From Xylographa opegraphella (taxonomy: Eukaryota), in assembly GCA_022813865.1 (NCBI GenBank), contig JALDZX010000082.1:47005-67004 (forward strand): a stretch of 20,000 bases of DNA, in the 5' to 3' direction. The position numbers and the translations under genes were made by a program. Positions 1 to 11,795 of this stretch are shown in pieces. The number at the start of each line of letters is the position of its first letter. Position 1 is the stretch's first letter. The notes below the pieces were generated by a model that was not told the origin of the DNA, searched no databases, and saw nothing but the letters and a program-made list of their open reading frames with translations.

Positions 1-2070
1 TTTTAAAAAAAGGCGATATCTTTGAGGAATCTCATATATAAAAATATAAACTTTGAATAGAATTTAAACCAGCAAACGAGCCTTTGGTATTTTAAAAGAA
101 AATTGTGCAGAACCATCAGTTTTAATAATATTTTAAATAAAAAAATCTGCAAGAATAATAATAAACGTATTAAATTTAACAATAAATATATACTTACTGT
201 AAATACATAATGTGACGGCTATGACATCAGTCACAGGTAATAGGGGTCCGGCTGGATCAGGACTAGCACCTTTAGTATATAGTCTCGCCCATGGAGCAGC
301 CACACCGCTTCTCCATCTTAATCTGGGTTGAAATCGTCCACCTAAAGCTTACGTTCTAGGCGTGCTTGTGTGGTGAGTTGATGAGCCGTAACACATAACG
401 GGAAATGGCACTTTATTATATATTATTTAAAAAAATTTACAAGTAAAATAGAACTATAATATTTACGATAAGAAATTACTCGTTATAATAGTATTTATTC
501 AGAATTAAAGAGTATATATAGAAAATTGCTTCGAGCTTATTATTAATATAAACTACAAAAACCTTTTGAGCTTTATAATAACTAAAGTACTTAATAGAAA
601 ATGAATAAGGTGGGTAGAACTTTTAGAACAATACAAATTCAAAATTGTATATATACCAGGCAAGGACAATAAAAGAGTAAATATATTTAATAAAAAAAAG
701 TTATAAATAAAAAACCAATAAACGAAGTATTGCTACGGAAAAATAACAGTAAAGTTTTTATTTTGCAAAATAAATTGCGGTTTTCGAAATAAAAGTAATT
801 GCTAAGAGTCTGATAAAATTATTACCCAAAGAAATAATTAAACATTATTACGAGAGTTTAGTAAATAAATATTTAGAATTTATCAAAATAATAGAACTTA
901 TAAAGAAAAACTACGAATTCCTAAATACAAGAAAATATATAAAAAATACATTAAAAATATATATCGTGTTAAAAGAATAAATCAGCAAAATACGCGGTAT
1001 ACGAAAATATTCAGTTTTTAACTATTTTAAAGCAATCATAGGAGTAAGTTTTAATTAACTTTTTTATAAAATTATTAAGGTTAGAAAATTTAGCTACAGA
1101 ATTAAAATACGACTCGATAATAGTATTTATAAATAAATTTATTAAATACTTTATAATTATATCTTTTAGGGAAACGTTTATAGCAGAATAATTAACTTTT
1201 TTTCTTTTAAAATAAATTAATAAAAGATTATAGTTTTGCAGCGAAAATAACGTTTAATAAAAATATATTGTTTACATCGAATTTTTAAAAAACTTTAATA
1301 TTTAAAAAATATTAATCGTTTACTATCTATTAATAGATAATTAAATAGAAAGAATAAACCAAAATTTGAAAGTATATTTAAAGCATTTTATTAATTTCAA
1401 GCAAGACAATTGGGTATTTTTATTATTTTTTAAATAATTGGTATTAAACGATAAACAGTCTGCAACAACAGAATTCTCGCTATTTTTCGCAAATAAAAGC
1501 CATTATTTCGAGTTGTTTAGAAAAAAGAAACCAAGACTTAATAATAATAAAATAATAATATTAGTCAAGGATATAAAAGATACGCACAAAACGCTATTAA
1601 TAAAAATTAAATAAAACAATAATAAAATTACTGCTGCAAATACAGTAATAAAATAATGAATCTTAGCTTAAAAAAAGGGGATAAAGTATATTTTTTTACA
1701 AAGAAATTCACAATTAGCAGGAATCGAAGCAAGAAACTCGATTATATTTAGATTAAACTATTTTTAATTAGACAAAATGAAAAATCAATTAACTACCTTT
1801 TTAATCTGCCAAAAACGCAAGAATATACCTAGTATTTTATATTTTTCGATTAAAATCAGCGAACGCGAGTACTATATTAGAAATAATATTTAAATATAAT
1901 AAAAAAAGAACAGGAATTCGAAGTAAAAAAAATTCTGAATAAGCAAAATCATGAATTATGTAGTCAAATAAAAGAAATATTTAAAATTAAATAATACTTA
2001 AAAATTACTTACTAGCCTTGGGAACTGCCAGGAGCTTTTTCGACAATATTATCAAGTAGAGTTAAAATTT
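1..2070 (+). pseudogene. pol remnant of family A copy 1 (RNase H, integrase, chromodomain); many RIP stops; interrupted by a solo LTR
   Basis: De-RIPed motifs: GKWHP.AYYS (~398-430), NY.I.DKELL (~451-482), Y.PGKDN (~650-670), NQ.LE.YL and KQDNWV (~1357-1416), LGNCQELLRQYY (~2017-2052). End is approximate. Confidence 0.85.
211..393. mobile_element. Solo LTR, 183 bp, GC-rich and apparently not RIPed
   Basis: Termini TGTGACGGCT...AGCCGTAACA (9/10 inverted match). Perfect 5-bp TSD CATAA at 206-210 and 394-398. The homologous empty site is in copy 2 near 13930-13955. Confidence 0.93.
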
Positions 2071-2515
2071 TAAAAAAAACCTTTTAAAGTTTTAGAAGAA
2101 AAAAAAAAAAAACTTCGAAAAAATCGTTAATAATAACGTTCGCCTCTCGACGTTCATTATTTTCCAAAGCTTCGATATTAAATATTTTACACTGAAATAT
2201 TTCCCGTTTCTTACTTTTAATATTTAAAAGCCGACGCTTTTCACGATCAAGGGCTTTTTTTAATTTAATTATTTATTATTTTATTTTACTCTTTCATTTC
2301 TTTAAGTTACGACGATCGGCCTCGATAATAATTAAAAAGCAACGAGTTTTAGCGGCAATATAATTTACGTAAAACTTCGATTTCGACGAGATTTCGTAAA
2401 TTAAATATTTTTTAATACAGCGATCGTAAGGATGCATCGTAAACTTTCTTTTGTTACGAATATTATGTGATTCAATTTTTTGGCAATAAACGTTAGATAA
2501 TTTATATTTTGATAT
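2012..2515 (-). pseudogene. Antisense extra ORF of family A copy 1: Zn2Cys6-like cluster plus coiled coil (168 codons, RIP-disrupted)
   Basis: One frame from ATA (inferred ATG) at 2515 to TAG at 2014-2012. Reads MHP[Y]DRCIKKYLI[Y]EISSKSKF[Y]VN[Y]IAAKTRC...EADRR...ALDREKRRLL...IEALE...APGSSQG*. Bracketed Tyr codons (TAC/TAT) are one G>A change from Cys. Confidence 0.75.
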
Positions 2516-2571
2516 AATACAAGTAAACTGCTAAAAAAAATTGAAAGTAAAAATCTGGCGAAGAAAGCTAG

Positions 2572-2933
2572 TAATAAAACTCTGGTTAATATTATATAAA
2601 ATAAAAATCGAAGGAACTTTATTTCGAATACCTTTTTTGCCTTCTCAGAAAATATAAAAGGCATGACTCTTTTGCCTTAAATGCCTTTTTCGGGAGGTAT
2701 AAAAATATTTTAAAATAGAGCTTTTATATAAAATAAAGAGTTTCCTTTATTATAAAAAACGTGTTTAATTTATATAATAATCTTAAATTAATGGATTTTA
2801 ATATAAATACTGTACGAAAATTATTATATTTTGAAAAATAATAAGCCTATTACTATACTCTTTTATTCATTTATTGACGAATTCAATTTGAATCCCTAAT
2901 CGAATTATACTAATGAAAAGCAGAATCGTAAAA
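2572..2933 (+). repeat. 3' LTR of family A copy 1 (~362 bp)
   Basis: Follows a PPT-like GGCGAAGAAAG. Aligns along its length with the reverse complements of 11378-11738 and 17253-17608. Confidence 0.85.
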
Positions 2934-3215
2934 TGAAAATTTAAATTAACGAGTATTATTCGTAAATATATATTAACGCTGTAACTTTACGAATATTGAA
3001 CGTAATTGAAAATTTTAAGTGAATTCGTATTTTTTACGTAAAATTAGTTTAATTACGTATTTATACTATTTACATAAATTTAGTGAACAATTTGCTTAAA
3101 AAAATTTAAAATTAACTTTTGCTTAATTTTTATGTATTTTCAATTATTTTGAAATATGTTTTTAAGCAAATTATTTATTTTAAAATAATCTTTTAATTTT
3201 TTAATTTAATAAAAA

Positions 3216-3540
3216 TGTTGCTAAAAATGCTGAACGAGTTAAACCTATTAAATACGTAAAAAGTAAATTTTTGGTATACAAAATTTAAAATTTTTATATT
3301 ATTTCTACAGATTTGGTTATTGCGCAAAAATTATATTTTTTGATCGAATTTCCGTTTTTTATTAATATTATTATGAAACGAGCGCTTGATTACAGAATTT
3401 ATAATTTATAATAATATAAAAAAATTGAATTGTAATTATGAAAGGAAACTTCAGGTATATATTAACTCGTTAATATATAAACAGAGCAAAAAAAGAGAAA
3501 TATAAATTAAATTCAAGTTTAAAACTTACAATTCGTAATA
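3216..3540 (-). repeat. 3' LTR of family B copy 1 (~325 bp)
   Basis: Starts TATTACG (RIPed form of TGTCACG) after a RIPed PPT and ends ...AGCAACA. Aligns with the LTR starting at 19278. The left boundary is less certain. Confidence 0.7.
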
Positions 3541-3699
3541 AATTTTTTTGATCAAAAAAAATAAATATTTACGCTAAATCAAATATATATATATAAATAT
3601 AAATATATTTAAATTATTTTTTTATAATCGACCCCTTTCTTCGCTGATATTGATACGTTAATATTTGATTTTTTATCGATTTTAAAAAATTTCGATCAG

Positions 3700-5278
3700 G
3701 CGTATCGAACATATATTTTTTTATATTTTTATTATAATCCTTAATAAATTTGTGTATCTCGCTTTAAATTTTTTTGAATTATTTATTATATTTTGCCTCG
3801 TATTTTTTTACCTAATTAAAATTTTTACGATAAATCTTTTAGCAAATACATTTTTTTCGCTTATTTAATAATCGGTTTAATTCAAAGAAATGATTCTCGT
3901 AATCGTTAATGTATACCGCCGCAGATTAATCGAGAATAAATTTATAATAAGAATCGAACTTTAAATTTAATGCAAAATTAGACTATATAATTATAAAAAT
4001 TCAATCAACTTTTTAATTTATAAAAAACTCGAATTAATATATTGATTATGTAGTCTTTTTTTTAAAAAGTTAAAAAATTCTGCGTATCAAAAGAAAAGTT
4101 TTTTATTAAAAGCGATGGAAATATTATATTTTTTATATAAAAAATTATCGCGTAATCGTTTAATAATAAAAAAATTCCGAAATATTTTTTTATCGTAGTA
4201 TTTTTTTTATTGATATATTCGTAAAAGTTATTATTTTTAATTTTATATTTTATATCGCTAAAAGTTATACGTCGTTTTTTTATCGTCAGAATTTATTAAA
4301 AGGTTCGTTAAATTTAATATATCAAATTTTTTATTTAAATGTATTTCTTGCGTAATTTTGTTAGCGAATTTCGTAATAAACAAACTTATTAAAATATTAA
4401 ACGTTGTTTATAAAATTAAGAAGAGATTCGATTAATTCTGAAATATTTTTAACTTTACGATTATATATCGTAAAATTATTTTAATAGTTTACTTAATTTC
4501 TTTTAACTAATCGTCGATTTAAGGGTAATATACAATAAAAAATAATAATTTTACTTTTAAAATTCGAAAACAACGTTTTTTTAGATTTCGACAAAATTTC
4601 TTTATTTTTATTCAAAAATATAACTTTCGAAATAAATTATGTAACGATTTAAAAATATATTAAAAGATTTTTGATTTAATTTTCTGCCGTATAGATAATA
4701 TTCCTTTTTGATATTATAAAAAAACTTTTACTAAATTCATAAACTGTAATAAGGCAGCAATCGTATTTCTATTAAAATTATCTAAAAATGAGAATAAAAA
4801 TTATTATTACGCAGTAATGAAAAATATCGAATATCAAAATTTATTAAAGATTTTTTTAAAATTTATATCGTTTAATACAATTCTTAATACATAATTATTA
4901 ATATTCAATATATATTTTAAAATAATATTCGAGTTAACAAATATTTAAAGAAATCGTGATTTTTTATAAATACAATAATATTCAAAATAATCGTATATGT
5001 CGTACGTTATATATAATACGTTTTTTATTAAATTATATAAAATATATAATTATTTTCGGCTATTATTAAAGTCTATTAAATAAAAATACTCGTTACTTTT
5101 TTCGTACGGGAAAAATACCGCGTATATATTTGAAATATTATTTTTATAAATTTTTTCAAAATTTTACGTTAACGAATATCGCTTTCGTATTTAATAATAA
5201 ATTTAATTTCGAAGTTAAATAATATTTGTATTATAATCGCTTAATAGTTATATAGGCAGTTAAATTTATTATAAAATT
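3700..5278 (-). pseudogene. Integrase plus chromodomain remnant of family B copy 1
   Basis: De-RIPed motifs: YI.HC..C (~4890-4915), GYDCCL (~4750-4770), STAYHPQTDGQSE (~4500-4540), QYAGPF-like (~4070-4090), LIRWKGYG..HD.W (~3780-3820). Boundaries are approximate. Confidence 0.8.
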
Positions 5279-5478
5279 AATTGAAATAAATAAATGGAAT
5301 CAATATGGTGGAAACAGTGCTTTATTGAACTATTTATCAAAATGCGTAAAAAGATTACTTTTTTCTTAAAAAAGAAGGCTTTTTTACATACGATTACGCT
5401 AGTTTAAAAGTAAATAAACGTTTATATTATGTTTAAATAATATAAAAAATATTTTGTCAGGCAACGTTATGTTTAATA
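5279..5478 (-). repeat. Copia 3' LTR (200 bp)
   Basis: Direct repeat of 10765-10961, e.g. shared CGCTAGTTTAAAAG, TTTTGT.A..CAACGTTA and TTTATTGAA. Confidence 0.85.
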
Positions 5479-5509
5479 TTTTTATTTAATATTTATTAAA
5501 TCATTAGCT

Positions 5510-8500
5510 TTTATTACTTTTAAAATTTAATTAAGTAATAAATTTTCTAAAGTTAAATTTAAGCAGCGATTTAATTAACTCGTTTGCAATTATATTTTAT
5601 ATAAATACGATATTATTTTAATTTTAATTCTTTTAATAAAGATCTTTAATAAATTAATAAACAACGTTAATATACTTCGATTTTTCGTAAATACAAATAT
5701 TTCTAATCAGCGTTAATAATGTTGAATTATTTTTTTAGTTGCGTTGACGAATTTTTTTAATATTAATTATTTTTTACAATATTAATACTATTTAAATTGA
5801 TATTTAAATATTTACTACAGTCGAGGTTTTCAAATAATTATATAATTTAAAAATTTTTTTTCGCGCAGCTCCACAGAGCTATATATTTAATTTTAATAAT
5901 TAAAATAAATATTAGTTTTTATTTTTAATTTATTTGAATAATAAGTTTTTTATTATTAAATATATATACGTATTTAAAGATACATCTTCGATTTCACTTA
6001 TTTATCGCGTAATTAAAATTAAAAAAGTTCATTAAAATAAATCTTTTACCATTTTTATAAGTTATTTCAAAGTTAATCGTTAATCGAAGGTAATAAAGTT
6101 AGCTTTTTAATACGTAATTATAATATTTCTTAAAGTTACTCAAGTATTAATTTAATTTTTTAAGGCAAAGGCGATATTAAAATACGTATCTATAATTATA
6201 TATATTAAACTTTTAATTACGTATTGATATTCGTTTTAGTTAATTTTCTTTATTTTTAAAATCGGCTGATTAAAACGAGTCGTAATTATTTATTAAAACT
6301 TTTACTATTTTATATTTATTCATTTTTAGCTATAATTTTACGAAAACTTTTTTATATAATAAATATAATTTAAACAAATTAAATAGTTATTTTTATCGCG
6401 CTTAATTTAAATATCGAATTCTTTTTAATTTTAAATTTTTTATAAATATAATTTTAAATTCATCAACTCTAACTCGACGCGATTACTGCGATTTTAATAT
6501 TATTTAAATAGAAAAATAATTCAATTTTTTTTAAAAATAAATTAATAAATAAAGATTGATATTATATTACTTGAAATTAATTCGCTCGAAATTTTAAATA
6601 TAATATTTATATTAATTATAAATTATTTATTTAAAATTGTAAAAGTTTTATTAAAAATTTAAATAATATTTTAACTTGATTTTAATCCTCGATAAAAACA
6701 ATGTATAAAACCTTTTTAAAAAAAAATTAAATAAAAACGTTCTTAACGTTTATTTAATCATATTTTAAATTTTTTGTAACGATTAACGCGAAAAAGAGGC
6801 GAAACGTATTTTATCTTGTCGTAAAAATAAATATACTTTCGTAGTTTACGTTGTATTTTAAACAAAAAATATACCACGATACGGGCCTTAAATTTATTTA
6901 ATAAATTATTGATATAAAATTTTAGTTTAAATATTTATTTATTTATAACGATATCCTCGCCTTTTAATAAAACTGGTTTTAAATTTTGTTTAATACGAAT
7001 ACGAAAATTTTCTCGTTTATAATTTTTTTAAATTTTTTATTAAATATCGTTAATCGCTTTTTTATATATTAACGAAATAAAAACGATATTCAATATTATA
7101 ATTAATACGACATTTTTATTGTTTTTCGCTAAAACGCTAATTATATTATATTATCAAATTTTTTCCTCGATTTGAAATGATAAATTCTTTAAATTAATCT
7201 AAAATATTTTTGTTACTTTTAAATGTTAATTGATAACATTTATTTCGTCGAATTTTCTTTTAAAATTAGAAAAACAATTTTTAAATGATAAAATTTATTA
7301 AAATTAAAGCGGAAAAGGTTTAAAATAATTGATTATTATTAGAATTAATTTTATTAAATTCCTTTTTAAATAATTGAGTAACAAAAATTTCGAAGATTAA
7401 TAACGCGTTTTAAATACTTTAAATATTAAAACGTTTTGCTTAAAAATCATTATATATGAAAAATTTAATTATTAACAAAAAAGTTTTTTACATAAACGAA
7501 AACTTTTATTCAACAAAATTTTAAAGTAATTAATTATTTAAATTTATTACGAATTTAAAGATTTTTTTAAAAAAATTTCAACAAATCTTATTTGATTAGT
7601 ACGATATTTAGATTATTTGTAAATAGTATACAAATTTTTTATAAAAACTTTAATAAACAAAATATTTATAATTTGTTTTAAGTTAAAAGTTTAAAATTAA
7701 TTAATTTTTCGAATATATTTTTCTTGAATTTTACCGCGTGATTTTTAATAACACGCTAAGAATTCAATATCTATAAACGTTATTATTTATAAATTTTCTT
7801 AACGTATTTTATAAATAACTTTATACGACCGCGCGATATAAATCTTTTTAATTTTTTTTAAAATTATTAATTTTAAACCGACGTAAAAATAATTCTGAAA
7901 TTTTGAAATTTTGATATACTCAATATTACAAGTAGTATTTATTGAATTTTTTCTAAACAATATTAACTTGCCGTTAATTATAATTTCAATATCGATTTAA
8001 TTTTTTAAATAAATATGAATTAATTTAATTTTCATTTAAAATTTAATAAACATTCAATATTTTTTAAATATAACGCGTATTAAGTTTTTCGAGGTTTATA
8101 TCAATTGTTCGACAACGCTATTTTATGTTACGAAATAGTTTCAATACTTATTCCTTAATCGTTTAAATTAAATCTAAATTTAAACACGTTGTTATTATAT
8201 AAATTACTATAAATTTTCTTTAAAATTCAAAACTCAAAATTAATTTTTATTTATTTAATTTGAAAATCGCGTTTAATTTTATTTTAGCAACATATTTTAA
8301 TTTTTTTAGAATAATTATTTACGATAAAAAAATAGCTTTCGCGAAATGATAACTGGGCTTCATATAAATTCATTAAAATTAAAGGGAAATTTTTAATTTT
8401 ACGTTTATTTACGACGTAATTTTTTAAATTTTATTACTTTAAAATAACGTAAATTTCGTAAATATTGTTATTATTTTATAAAACGACGATTGATTTTTAG

Positions 8501-10720
8501 ATTTTAATTATTTTTTATAAAATTTTTATTTTAGCGTATTTTTGAGACGCAAAACGATGATATTGAACAATATATTTTATGTTTTTAATTATATCATTTT
8601 TAAATGACGTAAATTTCTTTTATTTAAACGCAAAATATATATGATTAACGAGCAATTCAAATTTTCTTTAATTAAATATAAAAATATTGATCAATTTAAA
8701 AAATTTAACCGTTTTTATACTTTAAATAAATAATACACCCTCGGTTTTACTGGGAGTAAAAATAATAAAAACGAAGTTATTGAACTTTTTTGCTATTTTT
8801 TAATAATATATATGCTATTTCTTTTACGAATAATAACTATTTATTTTATATTGTAATTGTATATATATAATTTTTTCTATTAAAATTATTATATAAACCT
8901 TTTTCGTATATTCCTTTGCCAGGAAGAAATTTAATATTAAAATTAAAAATATAAAAATATAGAAAATTAAAACTAAAATTAGTTTATGATCTTTTTCATT
9001 TCCTATAATAATTGTACTAGTGTATTTGGTATATAATTTTTCATTTCTAAATTCTATTCGGCGTTTTTCTATTTTAATTGAAATTTTAGGAAAAATTTTA
9101 AATTAATTAATTGTGTAAAAAAGCGCCAAAATTAGCTGTTTAATTAAATTTAAAATTTCTATTAATATAGGCCTTTAAGAAACGGCGATTTTAATTGTTT
9201 CATTTTTTATATTAATTTCAAAATTCGTTAATTTATAATTATTTGATTAAATTTTTAGCGTTATATTCGCGATGGTTTTTACTTAGATTGTTTTATAAAT
9301 TTCTTTTATTTTTATCGATAATTTTATTATTAAATAACTTATGTATTTAAAATAGCTATTTAAACGTTTCGTATTAATTTAGTTTTTTAACAAAAAAGAG
9401 TTAATTATAGTTTATTAAGCGATATTTTTTAATAAAAAAATATTTATTGAATTTATTACAGCGAAACTTCGATCGTTCGAGGTTAAATAATTTTTTTTAA
9501 TAATAAACATTGTTATTTTTATTCTTTTTTCCCGATGTTCTGTTTGCTTTAAAACGCGATATTATTTAAAATTTCAAAATTGTTTTTTTTAATAATTTAA
9601 TAATTTTTCTTTTAACGTTGCAGATTTCTCATGCGTTAAAATTATTTTTAATTATTTTATATTTTTTAAAAAATAAATAAGAAAAATAGCTAAAAAACTT
9701 TAATAGTATTAAAAATAATCGTTAATACAAACTTTGCCGCTGTAATTTATTTTTTTAATTTTTTTTAAATATATTTAAACTTTTTTTAATCATGATCGAG
9801 TTCAATTTTTTATAATTAATAAAACCATTTATTATTCATTAATTTATTAGTAAAGAAAATACGTATATTTAAGTTTTAACAAATCTTATTTATTTTTAAT
9901 CATAAAAAGTTTTTATACGCGTTTTTAATCAATATTATTAATATAAATAATTATTTAATAGTATATATTTATGTTATTTTGAATTTATTTATCGTTATTA
10001 AATATAATAACAAAATTTAAATTGTTTCTTAAAAATTCAATATTAAAATAGTTAAATTATGAATTAAAATGGCATTCGAGTTTATAAAAATAATTATAAC
10101 GTAAGCGTTAAATATTTGCTTAATGATATAAAATATTTATTTGAATATAAAATAATTTTAGCGAGAATAAATTATAAAAAATAATTCGTTTTTATTAATC
10201 AAAGAAAAGAGCGTTTAAAACTACAAAATTCGATAAAGTTTATCGCGACAGATTTTTTATAAAAAATTTTATAATACAATATCGCTTGTTAAATTTCGAT
10301 TTATTTATAAATTAATCGAAACAGAATTTTTTCAAAATAATATAAAATTCGACTCGCGACGAAAGAAAAAACATTATTAAAATAAAATATTTATTATCGT
10401 ATTAAATTTTTAATAAAAACATATATATCTTAATTTCGCGTTATTAACTGCCGCGAATGTCGTAAGCTTCCGAGTTATAAAAATTTTCTTTATTTCTTCA
10501 AAGGCGCGTAATAATGGCCGCGAATATATATATATATTTATTTTTATGAAAAAATCGCGTAATAAATAATCGCAGGGTTTATTTATTTCTTTTAAACGTG
10601 TAATAAAAATCGTTTAATATATAATTAATTTATTTTTATCGTAAAAAACGCATAGTATATAATGAAAATATTTATTAACATTAAATCTCGTCGCAAACTA
10701 CGGAGTATAAAACTATTTTA
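5510..10720 (-). pseudogene. Copia gag-pol remnant
   Basis: RT motifs W.FKLK...KFKARIV (~6870-6940) and DVKNAF (~6735-6750); TRPDIAFA-like (~6165-6190). RNase H motifs EYIALWSCAK (~5858-5890), SKHIDV (~5660-5680) and ADGLTK (~5570-5590). Integrase-like region at about 7800-8400. Ends are approximate. Confidence 0.85.
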
Positions 10721-10750
10721 TATAATTAATTATTTTAATCGTTGCGCGAA

Positions 10751-10764
10751 CGCGGGTTATAACC
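10751..10764 (-). promoter_or_regulatory. Putative primer-binding site of the copia element
   Basis: GGTTATAACCCGCG on -, immediately inside the 5' LTR. Resembles the GGTTATGxGCCC start common in fungal copia internal regions. Confidence 0.6.
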
Positions 10765-10961
10765 AATTGAGATAAATAAATAAAATTAGTATAATAAAAT
10801 TAATATTTTATTGAATAATTTATTAAATACGTAAAAAGGTTGTTTTCTCTTTTAAAAAAAGCTTTTTTATATACGACTTCGCTAGTTTAAAAGCAAATTA
10901 ATATTTATATTGCCTTCAAGCAATATAAAGGGCATTTTGTTAAACAACGTTAGTTTCAATA
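10765..10961 (-). repeat. Copia 5' LTR (197 bp)
   Basis: Direct repeat of 5279-5478. Begins TATTGAAAC on - (RIPed form of TGTTG). Confidence 0.85.
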
Positions 10962-10982
10962 AAATTAATTATAATTATTACG

Positions 10983-11213
10983 TGTAACGGCGTGTTACAT
11001 GGCACCTTAACAAGTGATAGACGGAACGGGACTAAAGCGCGTCCGGGACTCAGCCTAGTTCGAAAGCGGTTAGGAGTCTTGGCGTTAGCACTGTTTATTT
11101 TAACTTCTACGTGTATTACTAAACTTGCTTCCTTATATTATTCTAGGTTGAAATCGCTCACCTATAGCTGTGGTTCTAGGCCTGCTTTTCTGGTGAGATA
11201 GCGAGCCGTAACA
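10983..11213. mobile_element. Solo LTR, 231 bp, GC-rich, related to the solo LTR at 211-393
   Basis: Termini TGTAACGGC...GCCGTAACA. Perfect TSD TTACG at 10978-10982 and 11214-11218. The last ~70 bp align with 326-393. Confidence 0.93.
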
Positions 11214-11377
11214 TTACGCGTATTATCGTTTTCAAATTTAAAAATAATATTTAATATAATATAAAATTGATCGGGTTTATATTGATAATAAATTTAAACA
11301 TTTAAAAAATATTTTAAAATTTCAACGGGTTGTAAATTAAGAAATTTCAATATTTATAATTAATAAATTAATTTAAA

Positions 11378-11738
11378 TATTACGATTCTGCTTCTCATTA
11401 GTATAGTTCGATTAAGATCTGAGTTGAATTCGTTAATAAATAAACAAAAAAGTATAGTAATAAATTAATTGTTTTTCAAGAGTAATAGTTTTCGTACAGT
11501 ATTACATTAAAGTCTATTAATTTAAAATTATAATATAAGTTAAATACGCCTTTTACAATTCAGGAAATCCTTTATTTTATATAAAAGTTTTATTTTAAAA
11601 TACCTTTTATGCCTCCCGAAAAAACCATTAAGGCAGAGAGAGGTCATGCCTTTTATACCTTTTAAGAAGGCAGAGAAAGCATTCGAAATAAAGTTCCTCC
11701 GACCTTTATTCCATACAATATTAATCAGAACTTTATTA
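11378..11738 (-). repeat. 3' LTR of family A copy 2 (361 bp)
   Basis: Direct repeat of 17253-17608 and inverted repeat of 2572-2933. Confidence 0.88.
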
Positions 11739-11742
11739 CTAG

Positions 11743-11753
11743 TTTCCCCCGCC
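11743..11753 (-). promoter_or_regulatory. Polypurine tract of family A copy 2
   Basis: GGCGGGGGAAA on -, 4 nt upstream of the 3' LTR. Confidence 0.7.
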
Positions 11754-11795
11754 AGATTCTTGCTTTTAAAAGAATTTTAGTAGTTTTTTTATATT

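Larger units (their letters stand above)
1..2933 (+). mobile_element. Ty3/gypsy chromovirus, family A copy 1 (3' part; continues left of the window); RIP-degraded
   Basis: Colinear with the reverse complement of about 11378-14200. Order is RT/RNase H, integrase, chromodomain, extra region, PPT, LTR. Confidence 0.9.
5279..10961 (-). mobile_element. Full-length Ty1/copia LTR retrotransposon (~5.7 kb), RIP-degraded, nested in family B copy 1
   Basis: Direct ~200-bp LTRs. Matching 5-bp flanks AAATT at 5274-5278 and 10962-10966. PBS-like GGTTATAACCC after the 5' LTR. Domain order is integrase, RT, RNase H. Confidence 0.88.
3216..11377 (-). mobile_element. Ty3/gypsy chromovirus family B copy 1, 3' part only. 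Pieces at 3216-5278, 10962-10982 and 11214-11377, split by the copia and solo-LTR insertions
   Basis: The RNase H tail YKPG..H..PDA.SRL is readable at about 11240-11290 (-). Integrase and chromodomain lie at 3700-5000 (-). The 3' end is homologous to 18810-19628 (+). Confidence 0.8.

Noticed and set aside
2401..2664. 87-aa ORF on - with a hydrophobic, membrane-like look
   Set aside because: It starts inside the LTR and is in a different frame from the Cys-cluster ORF. The F/I/L/K richness reflects AT bias.
10992..11201. 69-aa ORF on +
   Set aside because: It lies wholly within a TSD-flanked solo LTR, has a non-ATG start and shows no recognisable motif.
11416..11432. ATCTGAGTTGAATTCG in the family A LTR resembles ATCTGGGTTGAAATCG in the solo LTR (321-336)
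   Set aside because: The match is short with no flanking similarity, too little to claim a relationship.
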